NCBI GenBank assembly: GCA_963663135.2
Contig: CAXXRM010000005.1
Span: 353,812 to 417,811 of the forward strand
Reading direction: 5' to 3'
Length of the DNA: 64,000 nucleotides
Origin: Dehalococcoidia bacterium
GTDB lineage: Bacteria > Chloroflexota > Dehalococcoidia > Lucifugimonadales > UBA3495
Shown here piece after piece: positions 37,300-46,851 of the stretch; within the stretch, counting starts at the first letter, position 1, and each line of letters begins with the position of its first letter. The notes under the pieces were generated by a model that worked only from the letters and a program-made list of their open reading frames with translations, was not told where the DNA came from and made no database searches. Both the position numbers and the translations under genes were made by a program.

Positions 37300-40053
37300 A
37301 TGAAGCAGCTTGACCAAAACCGGACCGAAAAGATGGCCGAAGAGCCAATCCGCCCCAGTGAAAATCCGCTCCTGGTCTTCATCAGCAGCACGCAGGACGA
37401 GGAATTGTCCTGCGCCAGAACTTTGGCCATCGACACGGTGGACAACTACCCAGGCATGAGGGTCTGGGCCTTTGAGGACGCCCCTGCCAGTTCCGAACGG
37501 GCCCGCGACCGATATATCAGAAACGCGGGTAGGGCTGACCTCGTGATCTGGCTCATTGGTTCAACTACCACCACTCCAATAGTTGAGGAAATCAGTGCCT
37601 GCATGAGGGCCCAAGGAAACCTTCTGGCTTTCAAACTCCCCGCGAGGAACAGAGACAATGAAACAGAGACCCTCATCAGAAGAGTGTCGGACTACGCCAC
37701 CTGGAAGACTGTGGAGAAAGTAGAAGATCTGCCGGCCCACATCAAGGCAGCCCTGACTGACGAGATGTTGAGGAGGTACCGGGACCCAGCCCCGGCCAAC
37801 CACGACCTATTCCTGAAGCAGAAACACCGAGAGAGCGTCGCGGAAACCAAGCGTCTCTGGACCACGCTGGGAGTGCCGGACGAGATCGCGGGTGACCTCG
37901 CTGGTGACCACTCGATCGGACACAAACTGCAGTTCCCTTCGTCGGGAACACTGACAGTAACCGCCCAACAAGGTTCTGGAAAAACACTGGCAGCACAGCG
38001 GTTGTACCAACAGGCGCTCGTGGACCGACTGCAGGACCACCTCCAACCTTTCCCAATCTTCCTGAACGCACGGAACATCAATGGAGACTTGAAGGACCAG
38101 ATAGAGAGAGACACTCGTGAACACGGAACCGTATACACCCAAAGGATTTTGGTTATCATCGACGCCCTAGACGAAACAGGTCGGCACAAGGGCAACGAGA
38201 TAATAGACCAAGTGCAGTCGTACACGGATGCGAACCAAGACGTGGCGGCTATAGTCATGGCCAGACCCCTGCCGGGACTAAAGTTCGATCCGAACTCCAC
38301 AACCCTTCCCGAATGCAGCGATGAAGAGTTCCTCTCCCTGGCATCAACGATGGCCGGTCGACCGGTCGACTACTTTGAGGTCCCTCACCGAATATCCTCT
38401 TCCAAGATCCCTCTCTTCGCAGTGATAGCAGGATTACACCTAAGGAATTGTGAAAACTTCACAAGATCTACACCCAGTCAGATGGTTAGCCTGCTGATCC
38501 AGAGGATTTTGGCAGAATCAGAAGATTATCCAGAGGAAACAGCCGAACTGCTGAAAAAATTGGCTGTCGCGACCATCACCTCAGGAGAGCCTGTACCTAA
38601 ATCAACAGTGGACCGAAGGCCGGCAGTGCAAGCCCACGTGGCCAATTCACGTCTGGTAGTTGAACAGGACGACAACTTTGACTTCGCAATCGCCTTGTTC
38701 AGAGAATGGTTCGCCGCCAGGGCACTCGTGGAAAGGACGGTCTCAGCATCCGAGATTGACCCAAAATCTGACAGATGGGTAGTCCCTCTGGCCATCGCCA
38801 TAAACGCGGAAGATGAAGGTCTTGGCCCGGAGATCATGGCAACCCTCTCAGTCAAGGATCCGATCCTAGCTACGTTGGTTTTAGGGGAAGTGAAACACAA
38901 TTGGTCAACGGGGGACGCTGAGGAAACCACACCATCTGGCTCGACCATAGAAATAGGACAACGCATTCGGGAAGCCATGACCAACTGGAAGGAAGGACTC
39001 GGGCCGCTGATGGCGGCCATAGGACCAACTTCACGCGAAGGAACCATCCCTCCACTTCTTGTCGGCAAAGGACCTCGACTGATCACCACAAGCTGGTATC
39101 AAGGTGAATCGCAGATGGATCCGGTAGTGGAAATGCGCGAGGTCGTGAATCACTCATTCGCTCCGACAGGAGAGGACTGGCCCGCTTGGCGCAGCACGGA
39201 AATAGAACCCACGAGAGTCTGGCAGTGGGCAACTACCAAAGATGAGTTATCCCAATCGCTTTCCAAAGAACTGAAGGGCTACAGGTTTGCGCTAGACTCG
39301 ACACAAGGAATCCATGAACTCACAGCAGAATTTGTAAAAACAATACCCAAGGCATTGTTGTCGACAGCGGACCCGCCAAAGATAGACGAACTAATCGGTC
39401 TAATCAATCAATGGACCACCAAACCGGGAGGCAGCCTTGATGACGTTGTTTTCCTCGGTCCCCATGGATATACGGTCAACCATCTGAGACTGGCTCATAC
39501 GATGCTCTCACACCTTCGAAGCGCCGGATATCAGACTATATCGGATCCTTGGCCTGGCCCGGATAAACCAACACCCACAGGTGTGCCCCAAATATGGTGG
39601 GATGAAATCTATACGCATCAGCAATTGTTAGCTCGTGCCACAGCAATATTCGATGGAGCCCTGAGAATTTACAACGACATTGTGGACCGATGGTTTACAA
39701 CCTTCGACAAGAGACACCAGATGAGTTACAAGCTTCCTGTAAGGATCCAAGGAGTATTGGTTCCAGGGGGCAATCCCAAAAGACCTGATTGGCACAGGGT
39801 GAGTCTCATGTGGTGGCCTCGGCTAGCTAATGCTGACAGCGAATCTGGAGTATTCTTTGAACTAGGAACTTGGGACCAGATTAGTGGCCAGACTGCAAAG
39901 GACCAGATGGAAAGGTCACAACAGGAATACCTTGAAGAAAGGGGAAGGTTTACCTTTTCGACTCAGATCTTCTACGGAAACGAGCAGGCACCAGCGACCA
40001 AGAGGGCGCATGACTGGTTGACGTCAGACCTTCAAAATCTAGGATGGTTATAA
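37300..40053 (+). CDS. DUF4062-like N-terminal domain + NACHT/STAND-type P-loop NTPase + ~600-aa uncharacterised C-terminal region
   Basis: The ATG lies 3 nt after the MTase-HNH stop. The N-terminus LLVFISSTQDEEL...ADLVIWLIGS matches the DUF4062 pattern. Walker A is QQGSGKT (~37972) and the NACHT-like Walker B is ILVIIDALDE (~38146). Confidence 0.7.
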   Translation: MKQLDQNRTEKMAEEPIRPSENPLLVFISSTQDEELSCARTLAIDTVDNYPGMRVWAFEDAPASSERARDRYIRNAGRADLVIWLIGSTTTTPIVEEISACMRAQGNLLAFKLPARNRDNETETLIRRVSDYATWKTVEKVEDLPAHIKAALTDEMLRRYRDPAPANHDLFLKQKHRESVAETKRLWTTLGVPDEIAGDLAGDHSIGHKLQFPSSGTLTVTAQQGSGKTLAAQRLYQQALVDRLQDHLQPFPIFLNARNINGDLKDQIERDTREHGTVYTQRILVIIDALDETGRHKGNEIIDQVQSYTDANQDVAAIVMARPLPGLKFDPNSTTLPECSDEEFLSLASTMAGRPVDYFEVPHRISSSKIPLFAVIAGLHLRNCENFTRSTPSQMVSLLIQRILAESEDYPEETAELLKKLAVATITSGEPVPKSTVDRRPAVQAHVANSRLVVEQDDNFDFAIALFREWFAARALVERTVSASEIDPKSDRWVVPLAIAINAEDEGLGPEIMATLSVKDPILATLVLGEVKHNWSTGDAEETTPSGSTIEIGQRIREAMTNWKEGLGPLMAAIGPTSREGTIPPLLVGKGPRLITTSWYQGESQMDPVVEMREVVNHSFAPTGEDWPAWRSTEIEPTRVWQWATTKDELSQSLSKELKGYRFALDSTQGIHELTAEFVKTIPKALLSTADPPKIDELIGLINQWTTKPGGSLDDVVFLGPHGYTVNHLRLAHTMLSHLRSAGYQTISDPWPGPDKPTPTGVPQIWWDEIYTHQQLLARATAIFDGALRIYNDIVDRWFTTFDKRHQMSYKLPVRIQGVLVPGGNPKRPDWHRVSLMWWPRLANADSESGVFFELGTWDQISGQTAKDQMERSQQEYLEERGRFTFSTQIFYGNEQAPATKRAHDWLTSDLQNLGWL

Positions 40054-40189
40054 GGCCACTGAGAGAGCATATGGGGAAGACAGAAGAACAACTCGGAGTG
40101 CTACGCATCATCCGTATAGCTAAACGTCGCAACCACGCAGATGGGTGCAACCAGCTCCTCCCCGGTCCAGGTAATGAAAGAAAGGAACT

Positions 40190-40282
40190 ATGCCCATCTC
40201 CAACCTCCTCTGCTCCGCCGCCGGCCCCTGTCCCTTCTGCCACCAGAAAGCAGGCATCCTGAACCGCTCCCACACAGACTGA
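40190..40282 (+). pseudogene. 30-codon 5' stub of a third operon gene (MPISNLLCSAAGPCPFCHQKAGILNRSHTD) terminated by the TGA that begins an IS3-type end
   Basis: An ATG 5 nt after AAAGGA. The in-frame stop is the first three bases of the IS3-type terminal repeat at 40280. Confidence 0.35.
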
Positions 40283-40828
40283 GGTGGACCCCATTAGTTG
40301 GACAGGATTTAGGTGGAATTAAGCGAGAGTCCCGCTGCTCCTACCAATGATACCAACACCTGTTCGGTGGACTTTCCGTCTCTTTTATCTACCACCCGTG
40401 GCATTCCTGTCCTCGTGGAACACCTCGGCCGAGGTCCGGTACCCCAGGGCCTGACGGGGCCTCCGGTCGTTGTAGAACCTGAAGTAGGCGCCCAGTTCCC
40501 TGCGGGCCTCTGCGGCGTTGGCATTGGATTTCAGGTACACCTCCCCAGAGTTCCAGCGACCCCGTATAGGTTCTCCATCTCCCGAACCACCTTGACACGT
40601 TCGTCCGCTGCTGATTACCGCGGTGGGACATCGACCGGAGGCCCAACCAATAAACCCCCACCCGCCACTTTCCCCCTGACGACAGCGGCGGGCCCAAGCC
40701 TCAAATAGCAAGCTCTGTCGGATACCTTCCTTTCAAAGTGAGAATAATTCAGGTTGAGGTCCCGCCAGCACCTTCGGATTAATTCCCGTTTTTCACGCCT
40801 GAGGGTAAAATTCGCCCTCAATCCCTAA
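40280..40828 (-). mobile_element. degenerate IS3-family remnant (terminal repeat plus broken transposase 3' end) fused to an unclassified 190-bp repeat
   Basis: It begins TGAGGTGGACCCCATTAGTTGGACAG. The minus-strand translation of ~40388..40545 gives YLKSNANAAEARRELGAYFRFYNDRRPRQALGYRTSAEVFHE, the conserved tail of rve/IS3 OrfB proteins. The upstream frames are broken. Confidence 0.6.
40802..40828 (-). repeat. internal copy of the 27-bp island-terminal repeat
   Basis: The reverse complement TTAGGGATTGAGGGCGAATTTTACCCT matches 33175..33201 at 24/27 positions. The adjoining ~190 bp (40635..40828) is homologous to 60528..60683. Confidence 0.7.
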
Positions 40829-41631
40829 TCGAAAGCACTCTGGACGGAGAAACTCAATACGCCGCAGTGGAAATATCCTTCACTGGGACCGCCGGGGATG
40901 CCGAACGGGCCATCCGAAATACCAATTTTTTGACCCAGCTCACCGGTTGCCCGGCAACTCCGGCCGTGGTCAGCGTCAAGAAGAACGCCGCTCTCGACTC
41001 CCGCATAGAGTCTGGAAGTCTTCACTGGCACTACGTCATGAAATGGGACCGGGACCTGGAATAACCGGCCAGGCACGAATTTCTCCAACACCCCTCAGCA
41101 ACGGGCAGCCTCGCAACTCTCCCGCGGTCCCAACACCACAACTCCCCTTAGGGCAACAGGCGGGCCAGTGCGCGGGTTGCCGGATGGGAAGACGAAATGT
41201 TGGCAATTAGAGGAGAAATTATGGTTGGCCACCTGAAACCCCTGGTAACGGAGGTCGGCTTGGCCGAGGCGTTAGACCGGTTGGTTGATGAACAGGACCC
41301 TCACTTAGGCAGTTGTCCAAAAGACCGGGCCCACGTCACTTCCTTGCCTTACCGCGACAGTCATTGCTGGCCCATCGTTGATAGGCAAGGTGACCAAAGG
41401 GGGTTTTGTACGCTATCATCGATAGTAACGGCGACAATTTTTCGTAAGCCCGTAGTGTTGTGCATTAAATACAGACGCTTGCCTTAGCGGGATTCACCGA
41501 ACTGATGGCCGGGTCCGGGCGGCGTCGATGCTCTTCGACGCATCTCCAAAGACGGTTGGGTAGTGCGCATATGTGCGCCAGCTTCTGACATCTTCATTAC
41601 GGCGTGCCTTGAGAGCTGCAGTGGATCGCCG

Positions 41632-44406
41632 CTATCGCTCCGACTCGTAAGACATCACCACGTTTCTGGTTTCTGGAAATGGGTCGCTCCTGCCAATGTC
41701 CAACCATTTGACAACGGCAGCGTCGTTCTCAAACCCATTTGGCGCTATTTTTGTCGCTAGCTGAGCACAGAGCAATCTTAATGTATGCACATCCCAGCCA
41801 ATGTCTTCTTGTGCATCATATTCTAGCTTCTCAGCAAGGTAACTAAGACCTTGCAACACAAGTGGCCCGATCGTATCTCGATGTGATTGGGATCCTATGT
41901 CAAACACTAACGCGGCGCAAACCAGAGCCTCTAAAAGTGCGACCCTTCGATCAGAGGCAATTATGACTCCCACTTCGCGAATCAAGTCATCTGGAACCGG
42001 ACGCAACGTCGAAGTTGCCGAGGCTGAAAGCCAAGACCGTATCGCTGCCATAGTACCTCTAACACGTGTGTCATCTTCAGACGCCAATCCTGTCCTTAGC
42101 CAAAGGGAAAAATCGTCGAAATGGTGTGGCATTGCCCTAACTAAACCCGGGATAACTGCGAACCCCAGAGCTATGCGTATATCATTTATCGGTCCGAGTA
42201 GAGAATCTTTTGACTGGCTCCGCGTCCCAAGCATGAATTCCAGTCGTCGGTAAAGGTTCTGGGCAATATGTTCGGGCATCGTAATTTCGGCTGCTACAGA
42301 ACCCACATGCCTGATCGCAGACCTAACACCTAAATTGAACCTATTTGAACTTGAAGAGAACATCTCGACTAGTTTCTCTATGTGGATTGCTATTTGCTGC
42401 TCCTCTTCAATCGACAGCACAAATGGCCGGCCCCTTCCTCTCAATCCGATAACAGCAGCTCCAACCTGGGCCAGCATATCACTTGAGTAATCCAATCCTT
42501 TGCCCTGACTCTCAGGGTTCGAAGTTAGCCACTTCAGTCTGAATGACCGCTCCGCTTCGCCTTCCTCCATTTCCGGCAGGGTAAAATAAACCCAATCTAA
42601 TGGCGAGTTGGGTGTTGTTGAGTTTTGTAGGATAGGGTCAGAGTTGCTCCAAAGAGCATTGGCGATATCTGATGAATTCTTGTCTGTGAGACTGTGTGAA
42701 ATCACTAGTGGTATTAACCTGAATGTCGCTCGTTTACGTGCATCATCGTTAGCGAGCAATCCACGTATCAGAAAACTGACGACCTCCTGGTAGCGATTTT
42801 CGTTTATAGCTGTGCGTTCGGACGGCAAATCGTCGGCGTCTATGAAATCTCCAGGGTCTGGACAATTTGTACCTGCCGCAAAGTTGTCCAATCCCACCAT
42901 TGGTGCAGTCAACAGATCGAACGCGCGACCCCTGCGGCGGTCCTTCGAGAGAGCTTCCCAAGCGCGCTCCAGCATGTTTCCTAGAGGAGGTCCCAGCCAA
43001 TTATCTTGGGCAACTCGATCAGTGCGATAGCATTCAAGCCCAAGATCCACAGTATCATTCACCATATCTGGGGGAAGGCGTAGTACTAGCCGAGACAAGA
43101 CCTCCAAGGCTACCCGCATTCGTTCAACCCCCGAAATACCACCGCGGAGTTCGTCCGACGTAAACAAGCGAGGAAGCGCATACTTAATTACACCCATGCA
43201 TAACTGGGCAATCTCCGCCACGGTTTCACCTGGTAACCTGGCAAGGTGGGTCCGTGACAGCACCCGTTGGAGCATCTTGTCCTTGTCATAAGTAGATACG
43301 CGAAGCACCAGCCTTATTGCCAGTTTTGGATTAGTCGTAACCAACTCGTCCGCTGCCAAAGTTAGAAGGTCTGACACCATAGACATAGGGAAGTCCGTAT
43401 CGCGCCCAGGGTTGTTGACTGGAGGTACTCCTGCTACTTCAAGTAAGCGAATTGCTCTATATGCGGCTATCAGGCGGTAGCGACTCAGGTTCGAATAGCG
43501 AACGCGGGTGCCCTGTCTCACTCCCACATCGAACGATGGTGCTTCATCTTGCCCATCAGTACGCATAATCGCTCGCCTGACATGGTCAGTCTCAGCTCCC
43601 GAATCGCACTTCAGGGAAGCGAGCTTAGACCATTCTCTGAAGATGCTCTGCCGGTTATTCATCGTGAGTGTGGAAGCTAAAGCCCAGCCCTCCCGCGATG
43701 CGCTTGCGATGCTTTTACCCTCTGCGGAGGCTTGTCTTAGGGAATTGAGTGCCCTTTCAACCAACGAGATTGAATCATCGTAACGGCGCGCCTCCGTTAG
43801 CAACGCAGCTTTGCGAAGCATCCATGCAGGATCACAATTCTCGACTGTCCATCCATCAAGCAATTCGTTCAGATGACCAAACTCCAGCGAATAGACTGCC
43901 CACAGACACCGTTCCTGCTGGATCCTATGTTCGATATCGGGCCCATCGTTGACGAATGGCTTCAAGGCGTCAAGACGTTGTTCAAACAGGGACAGATTGC
44001 AATCAAGACGCGCATCCGTTACCAACACAAGCGCTACCGCTATCCAAGCCTCACGTACCTCGGCCCAGTCGTCACGCGTTGCGTGAAAGCCCCCAATTGT
44101 GTGCTTCTCGCAATCGATCTCATGCAATGCTTGTTTCGCAGCAGCCTCAAGGTCAGGTGTGATCGGTTCAAGTAGGATTTCCTTGCGCCACATCAACTCA
44201 CGAATAGCTTTGAGCTGGTCTACCGGCGTGAAGTGAGAAAATGCATTTAGAATGGGCGGCTCCCATTCAACTATGCGGTGACTGAGATCAGAACGTTCTT
44301 GGCCGGATGGGAAAACTAGCCACCCTGGATAGAGTTTTCTATTGTGTGCCCAAATATCGAGAACGTTTCTGATGCGGTCCAGCGGTTCACTGTTGTTGGG
44401 CTGCAT
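41632..44406 (-). CDS. 924-aa predicted all-helical repeat protein, partner of the SIR2-like gene (function unknown)
   Basis: A long uninterrupted ORF whose ATG shares one base with the SIR2 stop (TAATG at 44404..44408). I saw no P-loop, nuclease, TIR or TM motif. Confidence 0.75.
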   Translation of the reverse strand: MQPNNSEPLDRIRNVLDIWAHNRKLYPGWLVFPSGQERSDLSHRIVEWEPPILNAFSHFTPVDQLKAIRELMWRKEILLEPITPDLEAAAKQALHEIDCEKHTIGGFHATRDDWAEVREAWIAVALVLVTDARLDCNLSLFEQRLDALKPFVNDGPDIEHRIQQERCLWAVYSLEFGHLNELLDGWTVENCDPAWMLRKAALLTEARRYDDSISLVERALNSLRQASAEGKSIASASREGWALASTLTMNNRQSIFREWSKLASLKCDSGAETDHVRRAIMRTDGQDEAPSFDVGVRQGTRVRYSNLSRYRLIAAYRAIRLLEVAGVPPVNNPGRDTDFPMSMVSDLLTLAADELVTTNPKLAIRLVLRVSTYDKDKMLQRVLSRTHLARLPGETVAEIAQLCMGVIKYALPRLFTSDELRGGISGVERMRVALEVLSRLVLRLPPDMVNDTVDLGLECYRTDRVAQDNWLGPPLGNMLERAWEALSKDRRRGRAFDLLTAPMVGLDNFAAGTNCPDPGDFIDADDLPSERTAINENRYQEVVSFLIRGLLANDDARKRATFRLIPLVISHSLTDKNSSDIANALWSNSDPILQNSTTPNSPLDWVYFTLPEMEEGEAERSFRLKWLTSNPESQGKGLDYSSDMLAQVGAAVIGLRGRGRPFVLSIEEEQQIAIHIEKLVEMFSSSSNRFNLGVRSAIRHVGSVAAEITMPEHIAQNLYRRLEFMLGTRSQSKDSLLGPINDIRIALGFAVIPGLVRAMPHHFDDFSLWLRTGLASEDDTRVRGTMAAIRSWLSASATSTLRPVPDDLIREVGVIIASDRRVALLEALVCAALVFDIGSQSHRDTIGPLVLQGLSYLAEKLEYDAQEDIGWDVHTLRLLCAQLATKIAPNGFENDAAVVKWLDIGRSDPFPETRNVVMSYESER

Positions 44407-45518
44407 TATCTTGGTTCGTTCCTGTACTCTGGCTCCCCTATAGGTACATCAGGAACAATTCTATACACAGGCCGTAGGTGTTTGGGTATAGGGGTTTCCT
44501 CTTCTTCTGGTGGTGAAGGCCAAGTTGTCTCGTCGTAGGGTCGACTTGGCTCCAGTGTATGGAGCAACCACTCGGTCGCGTATTCGTGGCGACGATACAC
44601 AGGCCAAGTCGAAGCCTCCGGGTGGTTCGCAACGTCAATTGGCACTACGCCACGCGCTTCAAGTAGGCGACGTTGATGAGGCGATAGACCCAGCCAACCG
44701 GCCAGGTAAATCTTGGGGGCTGCTTCACCAAGATTGTCGCGTACCCAGCCTGACCAACTGAGGAAGTTGGGGTCCGCGCCTGAGAAGCCGATGAGGAAAA
44801 AAACGGTCTCCATCATTGCCTGCTGGACCGTATTTACAAACGGCGCGAACTCGGTGGGGTAGGTTCGGTAGTCTTCTTCTGTAACGATGAGCGGAAATTG
44901 CGAAGGAAATGAACCATGTAACTTGATGATACGTGGATGGTCCACTATGGGAAGTTGCTTCGTACTCTGAACGACGCGGTACGGATGTTCCAAAGTCTCC
45001 GAGCTCGCGCGTTCCAATAGCGTATCCCAGTTAGTGGTGAAGACGTCGCGCCAAGGCAGTTTCAACAACCGGACATGCGCCTGTCCTGGTGTAAACTCGC
45101 TATTTCGAATGAGCTCGTTGAGGAGTCTGTACAGGTCGCTCCGCCCAAAAGCAGTATCATACTCTTGGGCCAATCTCAAAGCGTTTTCAACCGACGGAGG
45201 CACTACACTTCCGCCGTAGGAGCTACCTCCGGCACCCTCAGGATACAACTGGCGGAAGAGTTCCTCAGCTATATCGATCCACAAGGGCATGTCACGAGCA
45301 TCGAATCGGGTTTTCTGCGCGTTTCGGCTGAACCCACTACCAATCATGACGGAAGCTCTTGAGATAGGACGGATACTCAAGGCATCACGGACTTTGTTGA
45401 TATGGCTCTGGTCGGGGATGGTTTGGGTATTCTCCGACAATTCAGCTTCCTTGAGACCTATGGGCCCACTGGGATGTTCGTCTGAAGTATTATGGTCAGA
45501 TGCGACAGAGAACCGCAA
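44406..45518 (-). CDS. SIR2-like (SIR2_2-type) putative NAD+-consuming protein
   Basis: The motifs VMIGSGFSRNA, DVFTTNWDTLLERA and IIKLHGS. The TTG start at 45518 lies 4 nt from an IS3-type end. Confidence 0.8.
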   Translation of the reverse strand: MRFSVASDHNTSDEHPSGPIGLKEAELSENTQTIPDQSHINKVRDALSIRPISRASVMIGSGFSRNAQKTRFDARDMPLWIDIAEELFRQLYPEGAGGSSYGGSVVPPSVENALRLAQEYDTAFGRSDLYRLLNELIRNSEFTPGQAHVRLLKLPWRDVFTTNWDTLLERASSETLEHPYRVVQSTKQLPIVDHPRIIKLHGSFPSQFPLIVTEEDYRTYPTEFAPFVNTVQQAMMETVFFLIGFSGADPNFLSWSGWVRDNLGEAAPKIYLAGWLGLSPHQRRLLEARGVVPIDVANHPEASTWPVYRRHEYATEWLLHTLEPSRPYDETTWPSPPEEEETPIPKHLRPVYRIVPDVPIGEPEYRNEPR

Positions 45519-45522
45519 CGAG

Positions 45523-45741
45523 TTAGGTGGACACGGTCAGTTGGACAGGATTGGTGCGGAACTAAGTGATAATTCTGCCGCTCTGGCCATCGACACCGAC
45601 GCGGGTCCTGGTGCACACCTCCTTTCACTAGACTCTCACTCCGGGACATCCTGCTTCCCATGGAACACCTTGGCCGGAGTGAGGTATCCCAGGGCCCGGC
45701 GGTGCCATAGGTCGCTGTAGAACCGGAGGTAGACCAGCAGT
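45523..45741 (-). mobile_element. second degenerate IS3-family remnant
   Basis: TTAGGTGGACACGGTCAGTTGGACAGGATT... at 45523. The minus-strand translation of 45636..45741 is LLVYLRFYSDLWHRRALGYLTPAKVFHGKQDVPE*. The spacing from terminal repeat to stop is the same as in the 40280 copy. Confidence 0.55.
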
Positions 45742-45869
45742 GTCAATGGATGGGACAAAACTTACCATTGGGGCGGCGAAATGGTGGCCCACACGTACTA
45801 CGCACGGGATGGAACTATGCAGGCCTAACGGATAAAAGAGACGTCCAAGGAAGGCGTAAGGCTGTTTAT

Positions 45870-46304
45870 TCAGGAAAAGGAGAGCTCACTGTCATTGGGA
45901 TAAGTATGCCTACGGCGAGAGCGACCTAGCATACGAACATCCAAGTGACCGGTGTCCTCCAGAGGAATCAAACCATCGCGACGCAAGCTAGACGAGGGAT
46001 AGGGAACCAAATCCGACTGCGCGAACTCAAGAACCTCTTGAATAGGAATCCAGCCGCGCCCGGAGAAGCGGTCCCGGATGGCTGCCTGAAGAGGACCAGA
46101 ATCCTGCAACAACGAGTCGAAAGACATCTGACGAGCATGAACCCCCCGCCAGACGAAGTCACCTCCTGGCATGACCTTCCAAATAGCTGATTTCATACGG
46201 TCACAGCCAACCGGGTTGCCGGTGGCGAAGAAGATCGTATAACGCAGACGCCTGTCCTTCCGGAGGTAGAAACGGAGGACGTACTTCGCGCCGGCGCCGC
46301 GCAA
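45870..46304 (-). CDS. hypothetical protein (possibly a 5'-truncated fragment)
   Basis: 144 aa with a TTG start. The segment YVLRFYLRKDRRLRYTIFFATGNPVG followed by a winged-helix-like tail is only vaguely familiar, and I cannot assign a family with confidence. Confidence 0.3.
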   Translation of the reverse strand: MRGAGAKYVLRFYLRKDRRLRYTIFFATGNPVGCDRMKSAIWKVMPGGDFVWRGVHARQMSFDSLLQDSGPLQAAIRDRFSGRGWIPIQEVLEFAQSDLVPYPSSSLRRDGLIPLEDTGHLDVRMLGRSRRRHTYPNDSELSFS

Positions 46305-46544
46305 CTGGTCAGAATAATAAGAGCAAACAGCACGGTGCCGGTCATCAGGATCAGGAAGGAGCGGCGAGCCGCCATCTCTAGGAATCCCCCAGCCTAGTTG
46401 AAGCAGACTCCTGGATTTCCGAATCCTCTAACGGATGCGGAGGTTGATGGTGGGCATTTGTCTCCGGCCAAGTTGGTATGCACGGGCTCACTCCTACAAC
46501 CTGGCCCGGATGCAGAGACGGGGGTCCGGAACAACCAAGCCAAT

Positions 46545-46835
46545 TTACGGAGGATCGCTGAGCTCCACCCAAACCGCCAGATAGGTCGTGCCGTTTATCT
46601 CAATCAGCACGTCCGACCCACGGTACTCTCCCCCATGGTGGCAAATCCCCACGCTGGGCAACAAATCCCAGGAGACCCGACCGCCATCCCGACTGACCCG
46701 CGTGACACAGGGATTCCCCTCCCGAGTCCGGTGATGCCACAATGAACCATCCTGATTCCAAGTCAGAACGGCGAGGAAAGAACCATCTTCATATCGAGCC
46801 TGATTAACGACAATTAACTTTGCCGGTAGCGACAA
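46545..46835 (-). CDS. hypothetical small protein whose first codons lie inside the IS21 left end
   Basis: A 96-aa ORF. Its TTG start falls within the IS21 terminal repeat, so the N-terminus is probably an artefact of the insertion. Confidence 0.2.
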   Translation of the reverse strand: MSLPAKLIVVNQARYEDGSFLAVLTWNQDGSLWHHRTREGNPCVTRVSRDGGRVSWDLLPSVGICHHGGEYRGSDVLIEINGTTYLAVWVELSDPP

Positions 46836-46851
46836 CTAGTTTTGCCGGTCA

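Noticed and set aside
40385-40711. 108-aa ORF listed as a possible intact gene
   Set aside because: Only the last ~45 residues are protein-like (rve/IS3 OrfB tail). The upstream part is Gly/Arg-rich nonsense, and the real homology jumps between frames. I treat it as an IS remnant.
40825-41487. Small ORFs 40825..41091 (-) and 41197..41487 (+) between the IS3 remnant and the SIR2 partner gene
   Set aside because: I recognised no motifs. The region is probably decayed filler or the 3' UTR of the SIR2 operon. Evidence is insufficient for a gene call.
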